64,000 bases of DNA, from positions 3,552,001 through 3,616,000 of the forward strand of contig OZ242374.1 in the NCBI GenBank assembly GCA_965209055.1, in the 5' to 3' direction. Source of the stretch: Acidobacteriota bacterium (lineage in GTDB: Bacteria > Acidobacteriota > UBA6911 > RPQK01 > JAJDTT01). The stretch's first letter is position 1. Each line of letters opens with the position of its first letter. The notes beneath the pieces are model-generated. The model was not told the origin of the DNA. It saw only the letters and a list, made by a program, of their open reading frames with translations, and did not search any database. The position numbers and the translations under genes were made by a program. Shown one piece after another: positions 29,307 to 39,533 of the stretch.

Positions 29307-30674
29307 CTACCCGTCGAATCCGCACCAATCCAGGATGGTCAGCGCGTAGATTGCAAGTCCTTCCACGATCTGATCCAGTTCCAGGGTCTCGTCGTAGCAA
29401 TGCGCCCGCCGGTAGTCGCCCGGCCCCATGAGCAGCGAGGGCACGCCGCATTCCTGATAGAAGCGGGCGTCGCTCACCGGTTGCCAGGTCATGTAACGCG
29501 GCTCCTGCCGCAGCACCGTTTCGTAGGCGCGGCCGGCGGCGGCGACCAGCGGATGGTCCTGCTCGATGCGGAACGGCGGCCAGTCCAGCCGCCACTGGAC
29601 GTTGGGCGGATGCTCCCGGAGCCAGGGGTCCATTCGGCAGACGGCATGAATCCGCTCGTCGACCTCTTTCCGGACCCGTTCGTAGCTGTCCTGCGGGTCC
29701 CGCCAGACGGCCGCCCCCAGTTCGCAGTGGTCCGCCACGAAGAAGGGGATCTCGATCCCCTTGGGATGGCCGTGGATCCAGGCGGTGATGATGGACGGAT
29801 ACCCCATAGGAGTGAGGCCGGCCGGGTCCAGTTTGCTGACGGCCCATTCCTCATCCAGCTCCGCCAGACCGCGGTAGATCTTCAGTGCCTTGCCGATGGC
29901 GTCCATCCCCACCTCGCCCCCTTCGTATCCCATTCGGTAGGTGCGGTAACCCATGGCGGCGTGGACCGGTTTGCCGGCGACCTCGATGTGCAGCCAGGAT
30001 GCGCCGCCGGAAGCCAGGCAGATGCCGTGGCGGTGGGGCGGCGCCGACGACTCGCACACCAGGCAGGCGTCGGTGACGCAACGGGGGTTGCGGGGCAGGA
30101 AGTAACCGGGACCGTGGGTCTTCCCGTCCATGGTCTCCTCGCCCACCGTGGCGTGGAGCTGCAGCTCGCCTCGGAGGCGAAAACCGGCTCGCTGGATCAC
30201 TTCCACGGCCTTGATCATGCAGGCTAGCGGACCCTTGTCATCGGTGGAGCCGCGGCCCCAGAGCTTCCCCTCCTCGAGACGCGCGCTGAACGGGTCTCCC
30301 CAGCGCCACTCCTCGTGGGGACCCGTGGGGACGGTGTCGGTGTGGGCGTTGAGCGCCAGGGACCGGCCCCCGCCGCTGCCCGGGAGAATGCCGATGAGAT
30401 TGGGCCGAAGCGGCTCCTTGGCCTCCATGAAGGTCTCGGCTCCCAACGACGTGAAGACCGGCTCCAGGTGCTCGGCCACCTTCTTCTCGCCGCCCAGGGT
30501 GACGGGAGCGTCGTACAGCTTGGTGTAGCCGCGCTCCTGGTAGATCTTGGCGTACGCGTAGTTGGGGCTCTCGCTGGGAATCCGCACCAGCTCACGGATG
30601 AGCTGAACGGTCTCGTCGTAGAGTCCCTCGGCCGCGGCGGAGATTCGCTCGTGGACCTCCGGATCGATGCTCAT
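29307..30674 (-). CDS. M20 family metallohydrolase (ArgE/DapE-like deacylase)
   Basis: LNAHTDTVP, GRGSTDDKG, VGEE, AHCYDE. Confidence 0.9.
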   Translation of the reverse strand: MSIDPEVHERISAAAEGLYDETVQLIRELVRIPSESPNYAYAKIYQERGYTKLYDAPVTLGGEKKVAEHLEPVFTSLGAETFMEAKEPLRPNLIGILPGSGGGRSLALNAHTDTVPTGPHEEWRWGDPFSARLEEGKLWGRGSTDDKGPLACMIKAVEVIQRAGFRLRGELQLHATVGEETMDGKTHGPGYFLPRNPRCVTDACLVCESSAPPHRHGICLASGGASWLHIEVAGKPVHAAMGYRTYRMGYEGGEVGMDAIGKALKIYRGLAELDEEWAVSKLDPAGLTPMGYPSIITAWIHGHPKGIEIPFFVADHCELGAAVWRDPQDSYERVRKEVDERIHAVCRMDPWLREHPPNVQWRLDWPPFRIEQDHPLVAAAGRAYETVLRQEPRYMTWQPVSDARFYQECGVPSLLMGPGDYRRAHCYDETLELDQIVEGLAIYALTILDWCGFDG

Positions 30675-30695
30675 GGCGCGCTCCTGTCAGGAGGA

Positions 30696-32255
30696 CTATT
30701 GGTGAAATCGCAGGGCTCGCCCCGGCAACGGGCGTTCCGGATCCTCTACCGGCTGGGATTGCCGCAGGACCGGAACGCCGTTGATCACCACGTGATCGAT
30801 CCCAATGGGAAGCTGATGGGGGTTCTTGTACGTGGCTCGATCCCGGACCGTGTCCGGGTCAAAGACCACCAGATCCGCGAAATTTCCCTCCTTCAGGACT
30901 CCCCGGTCCCGCAGCCCGAACCGGCGGGACGGGTAGCCGCTCAGCTTGTGAACCGCATCTTCCAGGGAGAAAAGTTTCCGGTCCCGGACAAGGGGGCCCA
31001 AAAGGCGCGGGGCCGATCCGTAGTGCCGGGGATGGATGAGGCCCCCTTCCTGGTAGATGCCGTCGCTGCCCATCATGTAGTGGCTGTGGGTCAGGAAGGG
31101 CTCCACCATGGAGTCGTCCCCGCGGTGGAATACGAGCAGGATCGACAGGTTCTCCTCGATCAGCAGGTCGGCAACGGCGTCGGCCGGCGGGAGTCCGCGC
31201 CGGGAGATGTATTCGCTCATGGACATGCCCTGTAGGTGGTGGTTGCCCTTGCTGGAGGTCCAGGCGACGATCGCCCGTTCCAAGGCCGGGACGTCCAGGA
31301 TCGAGGCCAACCGGTCCCGGAAACTGCGGGTCCGGAGCTGATCCAGAGCCGCCAGCGGTCCCTGGTCCCATGCCTCGTAGGGCAGTAGGAAATTGAGCAT
31401 GGTGGACCCGGGCAGGTAGGGGTAGACGTCGAAGGAGAAGTCCACCTCCTGGGTGGCAACACGGTCGACGTAGTCGAGGACCTTTTCGGCTGTAGCTTCG
31501 TCGATGGCCTTCAGATGGGAGATGTGGACGGGAACTCCTGCCCTCCTGCCGATCTCCACGGCCTCCTCGAGGGCTGCCAGGATTCCCATCTTGTAGCGCA
31601 TGTGGGTCGCGTACAGACCGGGGGGAGCCATGATCCGGCAGGCTTTGACCAGTTCGTCGGTGGAGGCGTGGCATTGGGAGATGTAGTCCAGTCCCGTGGA
31701 GATCCCAACCGCGCCGGCCTCCATACCCTTTTCGATCTCCGTCAGAATCCGAGCCATCTGGATGTCGTCCGGCGACTGCCGTCCGAACCCGCAGGCCAGC
31801 GCCCGGACGTTGGCGTAGGGAATGTGGGGAATGCTGTTCTGAGCGGTCCGGCCATCCAGCGCCGCCATGTAGTCGGCGAGGCTCTCCCAGCCCTCGTACT
31901 CCTCCAGCCTGAGTCCGTTGAGCGACCGCAGGTAGTAGATCCAGGCGTGGACCGTGTGCCGGTCCACGGGGGCATAGGAGATTCCGTCGGCCATGATCAC
32001 CTCGGTGGTGAATCCCTGGGCCGTCTTGGACAGGAAGTTCGGGTTCGAGAGCAGCCACGAATCGGAGTGGTTGTGCACGTCCACGAAGCCCGGAGCGACC
32101 ACCCGCCCTCCGGCGTCGATCCGGTCCCGGGCCTCCTGGCCGTTCAGGTCTCCGAGCTGTTGAATCCGGTCCCCGCTGATGCCCAGATCCGCCTTGAAGC
32201 GAGACCTGCCGGTGCCGTCGATGAGAATTCCGCCCTGAATGATGAGATCCAGCAT
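30696..32255 (-). CDS. N-acyl-D-amino-acid deacylase (amidohydrolase 3)
   Basis: PGFVDVHNHSD, YATHMR, HISHLK, GSDG...HPRHYG, ADLVVFDP. Confidence 0.9.
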   Translation of the reverse strand: MLDLIIQGGILIDGTGRSRFKADLGISGDRIQQLGDLNGQEARDRIDAGGRVVAPGFVDVHNHSDSWLLSNPNFLSKTAQGFTTEVIMADGISYAPVDRHTVHAWIYYLRSLNGLRLEEYEGWESLADYMAALDGRTAQNSIPHIPYANVRALACGFGRQSPDDIQMARILTEIEKGMEAGAVGISTGLDYISQCHASTDELVKACRIMAPPGLYATHMRYKMGILAALEEAVEIGRRAGVPVHISHLKAIDEATAEKVLDYVDRVATQEVDFSFDVYPYLPGSTMLNFLLPYEAWDQGPLAALDQLRTRSFRDRLASILDVPALERAIVAWTSSKGNHHLQGMSMSEYISRRGLPPADAVADLLIEENLSILLVFHRGDDSMVEPFLTHSHYMMGSDGIYQEGGLIHPRHYGSAPRLLGPLVRDRKLFSLEDAVHKLSGYPSRRFGLRDRGVLKEGNFADLVVFDPDTVRDRATYKNPHQLPIGIDHVVINGVPVLRQSQPVEDPERPLPGRALRFHQ

Positions 32256-32277
32256 GGCGCAAGATTCTAACATCCCC

Positions 32278-32492
32278 GGAAGCGGCGGTTCCCAAACCGC
32301 CGAACAGGAACGGTGGTTTCCCAGCCGCTGAACAGGAACGGCGGTTTCCTAACCGCTGAACAGGAACGGCGGTTTCCTAACCGCTGAGCAGGAACGGCGG
32401 TTTCCTAACCGCTGAGCTCCTAACCAGACAACAAAAGACTGGGCGATTGGAAATCGCCCCTCCAAGACTGGGCGCTTGTAAATCACTCCTCG
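32278..32492. repeat. Tandemly amplified REP doublet: five 28-bp units plus duplicated partner REP
   Basis: CGGCGGTTTCCTAACCGCTGAACAGGAA-type units start at 32283, 32311, 32339, 32367, 32395; GGGCGATTGGAAATCGCCCCTCC at 32441-63 and a degenerate copy at ~32470-92. Confidence 0.85.
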
Positions 32493-32548
32493 AGGGCCCC
32501 TCCACCTGGCGGAGGCGCGGCCGGATTCTGCTAGAATCTGGGGCCCGA

Positions 32549-33088
32549 ATGACCCCCCGGCAATTGGATCCTCTGGCTGACGCTTATTCCCGGCGGGGAC
32601 TCCGTTTGCCCGCCATCGAGCGGGTCGAGGGTTCGGTGATTCCTCAGCCATACCGGGACCTGCTGGTGCACGACCGGGACATGACTCCCACCCTGGAAGC
32701 GTTCCACGGGGAGCCGATCCATCTCCGGGTAATGAGCCGCGGCGCCCCTTCCGGCATCCTTTTCCGGGAAGTCGTCCTGATCACCGCGGAAAGCGCCAGG
32801 CCGGTGGAATTCGGCGCGATCCGGATCCGGCTCGACGGGTTTGGGAATTCGGCCCGGGAACTGATCCTGGAAGGGCTGATCCCGCTGGGAACCATCTTGA
32901 AGCAGATGGAGATCCCCCACCAGAGCGATCCCCGGCGCTACTTCCGGATCGAACCGGACCAGGTCGTCGCGCGGGCCTTGGAAATGGAAGGCCGCGAGCC
33001 GCTGTATGGGCGGCACAATCTGATTTCCGGTCCGGACGGCCGGGTCCTGGCCGAGATGGTGGAGATTCTTCCTCCCTGGTCCGGATAG
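32549..33088 (+). CDS. Chorismate-lyase/UTRA-fold hypothetical protein
   Basis: LLVHDRDMTPTLE, REVVL, PVEFGAIRI, IPLGTIL, LYGR, VEILP. Confidence 0.65.
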   Translation: MTPRQLDPLADAYSRRGLRLPAIERVEGSVIPQPYRDLLVHDRDMTPTLEAFHGEPIHLRVMSRGAPSGILFREVVLITAESARPVEFGAIRIRLDGFGNSARELILEGLIPLGTILKQMEIPHQSDPRRYFRIEPDQVVARALEMEGREPLYGRHNLISGPDGRVLAEMVEILPPWSG

Positions 33089-33127
33089 CCGCTACAAGAA
33101 GTCTCACGCCCCACGGAAGAGGCAGGA

Positions 33128-34447
33128 TCAATCGCCGGCGACGGCGGACGGGCGGGTCTCGAAGAGGGTGTCCAAAGCGGTCTGAAGGCGTCCGCGGACG
33201 GCAGGCTCCTGATCCGAGGCAACGGCCTGGGTCTCGTCGGGATCATCCGCCATGTGGAAGAAGCGGCCGTCCCGGTACAACTTCCAGTCCCGCGTTCGAA
33301 CCCAACTGCGGCCCCGGTGCTCCGCGAAGACCCAGTCCCGTCCCTCGCCCGGCCCGCCTCTCAAGAGCGGAGCGAAACTGGTCCCGTCCAGGGTCTCCCC
33401 CGGGGGGACCTCGGCGCCCCCCAACTCCGCCAGCGTGGGCAGCAGGTCGCTGAAATCCACCAAGGCTTCGGTCGATTGACCCGGGGGCAACGTCCTGGTC
33501 CAGTTGGCGATCGTAGGCACCCGGGTGCCGGCGTCGGTGAGATCTCCCTTGCCTCCAGGGATTGTCCGATCTCCCATCCTGCTCGATACCGATTCCCGGA
33601 CGAGATTCCCGCCCTGGGCAGTGATGATGGACCTCTTCGGAGTTCCGTTGTCCGTGGTGAAGAGGATCAAGGTCTTTTCCCGCAATCCGAGGCGGTCCAG
33701 AGCTCCGACCAGACTGCCGATCCGCTGGTCCATGGCCTCAACCATCTCGGAATAGCTGTCGTAACGTCCTCGGGGACCGAAGGGGACGGGTGCTTCCAGG
33801 TCGTCGGTGACGTCGTGGCAGAGCGCCATGGAGTAGAACGCGAAGAAGGGACCCGACTGGTGACGTTCCATGAATTCGGTGAGGAACCGGACATAGACGT
33901 CCGGTCCGTACTGGTCGTGGACGTCGCCACGAACCCGGCCGTTCTCCCAAATCAGTGGCTCGTAGTACCGGGGTCCTTCGTGCCACCCGAAGAGGCAGTA
34001 CTGGTCGAAACCCAGCCGGAAGGGGTGTTCGGGGTCTTCCCGGAGCAGCGTGAGCTGCCACTTGCCCGCGATGGCGGTGGCGTATCCGGCGCGCTTCAGC
34101 ATCTGGGGCAGGGTCCTTTCCTCCCATTGTTCGGGAAAGGTTCCCCAGACCGGATGACCCAGCCGGAAGGGGTAGCGCCCGGTCATGAGACAGACCCGGG
34201 AGGGGTGGCAGACGGGCATGCTGTAGGCATGCTCGAAGCGCAGCCCGGTTCGGGCCAACCGGTCCAGGTTGGGAGTCGAGTAGGAACTGCCGCCGTAGCT
34301 GCCCAGCACCTCGCGTCCCACGTCGTCTGCCAGGATCAGGAGGATGTTGGGCTGTTCCGGTTTCCCAGGGACTTCCCGGTGCTGCTCACAGGAGGTATTG
34401 GCCGTCAACAGGAGGACAGCCAGCAGGATCAGAGCGTTCGTTTTCAA
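33128..34447 (-). CDS. Arylsulfatase-family sulfatase (probable lipoprotein)
   Basis: PNILLILADD, CHPSR (CxPxR formylglycine motif), GKWQL, TDNG; likely TTG start at 34447. Confidence 0.9.
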   Translation of the reverse strand: MKTNALILLAVLLLTANTSCEQHREVPGKPEQPNILLILADDVGREVLGSYGGSSYSTPNLDRLARTGLRFEHAYSMPVCHPSRVCLMTGRYPFRLGHPVWGTFPEQWEERTLPQMLKRAGYATAIAGKWQLTLLREDPEHPFRLGFDQYCLFGWHEGPRYYEPLIWENGRVRGDVHDQYGPDVYVRFLTEFMERHQSGPFFAFYSMALCHDVTDDLEAPVPFGPRGRYDSYSEMVEAMDQRIGSLVGALDRLGLREKTLILFTTDNGTPKRSIITAQGGNLVRESVSSRMGDRTIPGGKGDLTDAGTRVPTIANWTRTLPPGQSTEALVDFSDLLPTLAELGGAEVPPGETLDGTSFAPLLRGGPGEGRDWVFAEHRGRSWVRTRDWKLYRDGRFFHMADDPDETQAVASDQEPAVRGRLQTALDTLFETRPSAVAGD

Positions 34448-34574
34448 TGAATCGTGAGAATAGTTCAAATTGTGGAAGGGGTCCACGGTCCCGAGTGGTC
34501 TTATTTCTGGTCTTGTTACAGACCACCGTAGTAAGCTGAACTCCACAGGGCACCCGAACGCGGCCCAACCCCAA

Positions 34575-36011
34575 ATGATGTCCACCAGGAGCCGGCCCCG
34601 AACCAAGATCGTCTGCACTTTGGGGCCATCGGTACGATCCCGGACCAGCATTAAGCAGTTGGTCGAGGCGGGAATGAACGTGGCCCGCCTCAACATGGCC
34701 CACGGGACCATGGAGGACCACACGACGGCGTTCGGCCACGTTCGTTCCATCGCCGAGGAACTGAAACGACCCGTTGGGATCATGGTGGACGTGCCCGGCC
34801 CCAAGTACCGGACGGGCGATGTTCCTTCGGGTTCCATCTCCTTCAAAGAAGGCCGACGGGTCACGCTCACCAGCCGCCAGGACGGGGCGGATGGGGAAGA
34901 CTTCGTGGTCCCGGTGAAACCTGCGGGAATCCACCGGGACGCCCGGCCTGGAAACCGGGTTCTTCTGAATGACGGAATGATCACCCTGGAGATCCGGGAG
35001 GTTCAGGGCGAGGACGTTCACTGCGAGGCTCTCACCGCGGGTCGAATCACACCCGGCCGGGGAGTTACGACTCCGGGCGTCGAGCCCTCCCAGCCTTTTC
35101 CCGACGAAAAAGCGACGGCCGCAATGGGATTTGCCGCTCGGCAGCAGGCGGACTTCGTCGCGCTATCCACAGTGACCACATCCGATGACGTGGCGAAAGC
35201 CCGTGAGATCCTGTTGGCAATGGGGTTCGGCGGCGGGATCTATTCGAAGGTTGAACGCTCCCGGGCCGTCACCAATCAGGCGTCCATCATCAATGAAAGC
35301 GACGGCATCATCGTGGCCCGGGGGGACCTGGGAACGGAGATCCGGCTGGCCCGGGTACCCGTGGTTCAGAAGGAGCTCATCGCCCTGTGCAACGAGCTGG
35401 GAAAACCGGTGATCACGGCCACGCAGATGCTCGAGTCCATGATCTCCCTGCCGGTCCCCACGCGAGCCGAGGTGACGGACGTGGCAAACGCCGTGTTCGA
35501 TGGCACGGATGCCGTCATGCTCTCAGGAGAGACTTCCATCGGACGGTATCCCCTGGAAGCGGTCCGGGTCATGGCGGAGGTGTCGATGGAGGCCGAAAAA
35601 GCCCTGCCCTACGACGCCATGCTGGTGGACAAGAGGGACCACCTGGAGCCTCTGACCGACGACGCCATCTCCTACAATGCCTGCCAGACCGCCCATCAAC
35701 TGGGCGCCTCCCTGATCGTGGCGTTCACCGAATCGGGGGGCACCGCGAAACGGGTCTCCAAGTACCGGCCCCGGACGCCTGTCCTGGCTCTGGTCCACAA
35801 CGAGCGGACGCGGCGTTCCCTGACCGTGACCTGGGGAGTCCAGCCGGTGACCACCCGAAGCCTGGAGCAGACCGACGACTTCTTCGACCGGGCACGGGAG
35901 GAAGCCGTGCGCCGGGTCGGTCTGAAGAAGGGTGCGCTGGTGGTGCTGGTGGCCGGCGTCCCCATCGGCCATCCCGGAGGAACCGATCTGCTCCGGGTCC
36001 TGACTATCTGA
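34575..36011 (+). CDS. pyk: Pyruvate kinase
   Basis: TKIVCTLGP, ARLNMAHG, VARGDLG, ATQMLESM, DGTDAVMLSGET. Confidence 0.96.
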   Translation: MMSTRSRPRTKIVCTLGPSVRSRTSIKQLVEAGMNVARLNMAHGTMEDHTTAFGHVRSIAEELKRPVGIMVDVPGPKYRTGDVPSGSISFKEGRRVTLTSRQDGADGEDFVVPVKPAGIHRDARPGNRVLLNDGMITLEIREVQGEDVHCEALTAGRITPGRGVTTPGVEPSQPFPDEKATAAMGFAARQQADFVALSTVTTSDDVAKAREILLAMGFGGGIYSKVERSRAVTNQASIINESDGIIVARGDLGTEIRLARVPVVQKELIALCNELGKPVITATQMLESMISLPVPTRAEVTDVANAVFDGTDAVMLSGETSIGRYPLEAVRVMAEVSMEAEKALPYDAMLVDKRDHLEPLTDDAISYNACQTAHQLGASLIVAFTESGGTAKRVSKYRPRTPVLALVHNERTRRSLTVTWGVQPVTTRSLEQTDDFFDRAREEAVRRVGLKKGALVVLVAGVPIGHPGGTDLLRVLTI

Positions 36012-36070
36012 CCATTTTCTGAGAGGATGTCCGCGTCGTTCTTCCCGGGTGTCGAAGGGGAGAGTAGTCC

Positions 36071-38026
36071 ATGATTCTGACTCAAACCGTTTGGCTGGGA
36101 CTTCACTGGGTGGACTGGGTCGTCCTGATCTTCTACCTGCTGGCCGTCTCCTTCATCGGCTTCTGGTCCTACCGGAAGGTGAAGGACCTCACCGACTTCT
36201 TCATGGGGGGACGCCGCTTCGGCAAGGTCTTCATGATGTTCTTCGCCTTCGGAGTCGGAACCAGCAGCGAGCAGGCCCTGAGCGTCGCCGCCGGGTCCTT
36301 CCGCTACGGCCTGGCCGGGATCTGGTACCAGTTTCTGTGGCTCTGGGCCACACCCTTCTACTGGATCATCGCGCCCGTCTTTCGCCGCATGCGGGCCCTG
36401 ACCACCAGCGACTTCTTCCAGGCCCGTTACGATTCTTCCACCGCCACGCTCTATTCGTGCCTGGGGATCATGATGTCGGTGATCTTCATGGCCGGAGCCC
36501 TGTACGGCAGCGGCGAGATGATCGAGGGACTTGCGGGAGGCACCGACCCCGCGACGGGAAAGCCTTATTTCCCCATGGAATACGCCGTCGCCGGGATGAC
36601 GGTGCTCTTCGTCCTCTACGGAATGGCCGGAGGTCTGGGCGCCGCCATCATCACCGACTTCATCCAGGGCGTCCTGACCATCGTCTTCTCCTTCCTGCTG
36701 CTCCCCTTCGCGTTCAACGCCGCGGCCCGGGTGGCCGGGACCTCCAGCGGATTCGAGGCGCTGCACCAGGGCGTGCCAGGCCGGAGCGGCTCCGAGTTGT
36801 TGAGCCTCACGGTCACGGAACAGGTGAGCAGTCTCATGGGTCAGGAACCCATCACCCTCTTCTATGTCGTGATGCTCTCCCTCACCGGGCTCATCGGGAT
36901 CGTGGTCCAGCCCCACATCATGGGGGTCTGCGGCGCCGGACGCACCGAGTTCGAGGGGCGCTTCGGCTTCACCGTCGGCAACTTCATCAAGCGGTTCTGC
37001 ACCATCGCCTGGACCTTCACCGGGCTGGCCTGCATCATCATCTACCTGACGCCCGAGAACGGGTACCTGTCGGCGGCCGAGATCCAGCGGGTCCAGTCCG
37101 ATCCCGGTACCCTGGCCGCCTTCGCCAACCAGGTCTTCGGCCGGGCGGCCCACGACATTCTGCCCACCATATCCGTCGGGCTCGTAGGGCTCCTCATGGC
37201 TTCGCTGCTGGCGGCGGTGATGAGCACCTGCGACGCCCAGATGGTGGTGGGATCCGGGCTCTTCACCGAGAACATCTACAAGCGCTTCATCCATCCCGAC
37301 GGAAGTGAACGCCACTATCTGTGGGTCGGACGCCTGACCGGACTCGGGATCGTCTGCCTGGCGCTGCTGATGCTGACCCAGTTCGACAACGTGATTCAGG
37401 TCCTGACTCGCTATATCCAGCCCATTCCCACCTTCATGGGCCTGGCCTTCTGGTTCGGCATCACCTGGAGAGGCTATACGGCCAAGGCCGTCTGGGCTTC
37501 CACCGTGGCCACCGCTCTGGCCTGGTACCTGACCCAGACCCACAATCCGTTCGAGACCATCGCCGCCCTGGGGAGCTCCCAGTTCTTCCAGCTCAACATC
37601 GACTATCTTCCCGGCCTGGTTCGGGTCTGGCTCCATGAGCAGGTCCCGGGAATCATGCAGGTGGTCCAGGGAGCGGGAGGCGAAGCGGCCTACCGGACCC
37701 GCCTGCCCTATCAGATTCTCATCTATCTCTCCTGCGGCGCGGCGGCCGGCCTGGTCACCAGCTTTCTGACCCGGCCCGTGGCCCGGGCCAAGCTGGACCA
37801 TTTTTTCCGGCTCATCCACACCCCGGTTCGGGAGGGAGAAAAGATCGACGAGCCTTGCACCCTCCCGGAGAACCCCTTGCCCGCCGAAACCGAAAAGCTG
37901 ATCTCGGCGGGTGGACTGGAGATTCCCCGGCCCGGTCTGGTGGGCCTGGTGGGATTCGGTCTGGCTTGGGTCGCCGTGGGAGGACTGATCTGGCTGACCG
38001 TGACGTTGGCCGGGATCGGCGGATAG
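36071..38026 (+). CDS. Sodium:solute symporter family protein
   Basis: DFFMGGRRFG, GGLGAAIITDFIQG, LLAAVMST, many TM segments. Confidence 0.92.
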   Translation: MILTQTVWLGLHWVDWVVLIFYLLAVSFIGFWSYRKVKDLTDFFMGGRRFGKVFMMFFAFGVGTSSEQALSVAAGSFRYGLAGIWYQFLWLWATPFYWIIAPVFRRMRALTTSDFFQARYDSSTATLYSCLGIMMSVIFMAGALYGSGEMIEGLAGGTDPATGKPYFPMEYAVAGMTVLFVLYGMAGGLGAAIITDFIQGVLTIVFSFLLLPFAFNAAARVAGTSSGFEALHQGVPGRSGSELLSLTVTEQVSSLMGQEPITLFYVVMLSLTGLIGIVVQPHIMGVCGAGRTEFEGRFGFTVGNFIKRFCTIAWTFTGLACIIIYLTPENGYLSAAEIQRVQSDPGTLAAFANQVFGRAAHDILPTISVGLVGLLMASLLAAVMSTCDAQMVVGSGLFTENIYKRFIHPDGSERHYLWVGRLTGLGIVCLALLMLTQFDNVIQVLTRYIQPIPTFMGLAFWFGITWRGYTAKAVWASTVATALAWYLTQTHNPFETIAALGSSQFFQLNIDYLPGLVRVWLHEQVPGIMQVVQGAGGEAAYRTRLPYQILIYLSCGAAAGLVTSFLTRPVARAKLDHFFRLIHTPVREGEKIDEPCTLPENPLPAETEKLISAGGLEIPRPGLVGLVGFGLAWVAVGGLIWLTVTLAGIGG

Positions 38027-38033
38027 CCCGTTC

Positions 38034-38119
38034 GGAGGGGCGATTTCCAGTCACCCATTCCTTTTCCGGTGGGCTCATGGGCCCGATTCCGGAATTCGGC
38101 GGTTGGACACCGCCGCTCC
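38034..38119. repeat. REP doublet copy
   Basis: GGAGGGGCGATTTCCAGTCACCC ... GGCGGTTGGACACCGCCGCTCC between convergent genes. Confidence 0.75.
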
Positions 38120-38122
38120 GGC

Positions 38123-39391
38123 TCAGGCAGCGAGCTTTCCCGATCGGGAGTCCGATCCGGGACCGGTGTCCGGCTCCCGAAAGACTCGCCAGAAGACGAC
38201 GGCGCACAGGGCCGTGATCACCGCGGGCACGGCAAATACGATGTCGTAGCGGGTCGTTCCGCCCACTGTGGCCACCTCCTTGAGCCAGCCCGAGAACAGG
38301 CTCCCGATGAACAGTCCGATGCCCAGGACCGCCACGTTGATCAGCGACTGGGCCGAAGCGCGGATATCGGCCGGCGCCACCATGTCCGTGTAGATGAACG
38401 CCACCACGAAGAAGAAGACGTAGCAGAAACCGTGCAGCGCCAGTGAGCCCACCACGACCCAGACCAGAGTCGGAGCCGTTTCGTACAGCGGCCAGGCGGC
38501 CGCAAAGATGACGTAGCGGACGGGCCAGGCCAGGATGCCCACCAGCATGGAGACCCTCACGCCCCAGCGGGCCAGGGCGTAGGGGAGGACCAGCGCCATG
38601 GTGAAGATCTCGGCGATCTGACCAATGGTCATCCAGGCGGGCAGATTCTCCGAGGTGATGCCCACCGCGGGACCGATGGTCTGGAGGTAGGGAAAGGTGA
38701 GGATGTAGTAGAGCTGCAACTCGGTGGCCACCACGAAGGCGATGATGAAGAAGCTGAGGTAGTTCCGGTCCTTGAGGAGCCCGAACGACTTCCGGAAGGC
38801 CAGCGGGTCCGGAGCCTCGCGGGCGGGGGGCGTGTGGGGCAGCGCCAGGGAGAAGAGGCCCAGGACCAGGGAGAATGCAGCCGCCAGGACAAACGTGTCG
38901 ATGTAGCCGGCCGCTTCCGTGTCCAGCGCGACCCGCATCCCGGTCAGAGCCCAATTAGCGCCGATCCAACCCAGCGTGCCCCAGACCCGGATGGGCCCGA
39001 AGTCCCGCGGTCCGTCGGCCAGATGCTGAAACGCCAGGGCATTGGTCAGGGCCAGGGTGGGCGCGAAGACCAGGCAGTAGAGGAGCATCAGGATCAACAT
39101 GGCGCCCAGGGTTTCGGTGTACGCCATCCAGAGGAGGAATCCCGCGCCCAGCAGATGAAAGATGGCCAACGCCACCTGGGTCGGAAGCCAGCGGTCGGCG
39201 ACCTGGCCTCCGGTAAACGGAGCCACCAGGTTGGCCAAGGGAAAGGCCGCGTAGATCAGTCCCAGACCCCACCCCGAGAACCCCAATTGCGCTTCCAGGT
39301 ACCCGGCCAGGGCCGGTGCCCAGGCTCCCCAGATGGCGTACTGCAGGAACATCATCAGGCTGAGCCGGGGATGGCTGAACATCCTCTTCAT
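38123..39391 (-). CDS. MFS transporter, nucleoside:H+ symporter (NupG/XapB-like) family
   Basis: LSLMMFLQYAIWGAW, GQVADR, IRVWGTLGWI, LPHTPP, GQIAEI, LHGFCYVFFFV. Confidence 0.88.
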   Translation of the reverse strand: MKRMFSHPRLSLMMFLQYAIWGAWAPALAGYLEAQLGFSGWGLGLIYAAFPLANLVAPFTGGQVADRWLPTQVALAIFHLLGAGFLLWMAYTETLGAMLILMLLYCLVFAPTLALTNALAFQHLADGPRDFGPIRVWGTLGWIGANWALTGMRVALDTEAAGYIDTFVLAAAFSLVLGLFSLALPHTPPAREAPDPLAFRKSFGLLKDRNYLSFFIIAFVVATELQLYYILTFPYLQTIGPAVGITSENLPAWMTIGQIAEIFTMALVLPYALARWGVRVSMLVGILAWPVRYVIFAAAWPLYETAPTLVWVVVGSLALHGFCYVFFFVVAFIYTDMVAPADIRASAQSLINVAVLGIGLFIGSLFSGWLKEVATVGGTTRYDIVFAVPAVITALCAVVFWRVFREPDTGPGSDSRSGKLAA

Positions 39392-39419
39392 CGATTCCTC
39401 TCCTTGCTTCCAAGAAAAC

Positions 39420-39499
39420 GGAGGGGCGATTTCCAATCGCCCAGTCTTCGTCGCCAAATATGCCACACGGGAGTTCGGCGGTTAGGAAACCGCCGGTCC
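39420..39499. repeat. REP doublet copy
   Basis: GGAGGGGCGATTTCCAATCGCCC ... GGCGGTTAGGAAACCGCCGGTCC; first 29 nt identical to the reverse complement of 32435-32463. Confidence 0.8.
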
Positions 39500-39533
39500 T
39501 CCTTTCGTTGTCGGTCGGCCAGGCCACGGACGG

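Noticed and set aside
32283-32420. CRISPR array
   Set aside because: 28-bp units are contiguous with no unique spacers, no cas genes are nearby, and the same hairpin is dispersed elsewhere as REPs
34448-34984. N-terminal extension of the sulfatase ORF
   Set aside because: Overlaps pyk antisense; the signal peptide starts near 34447
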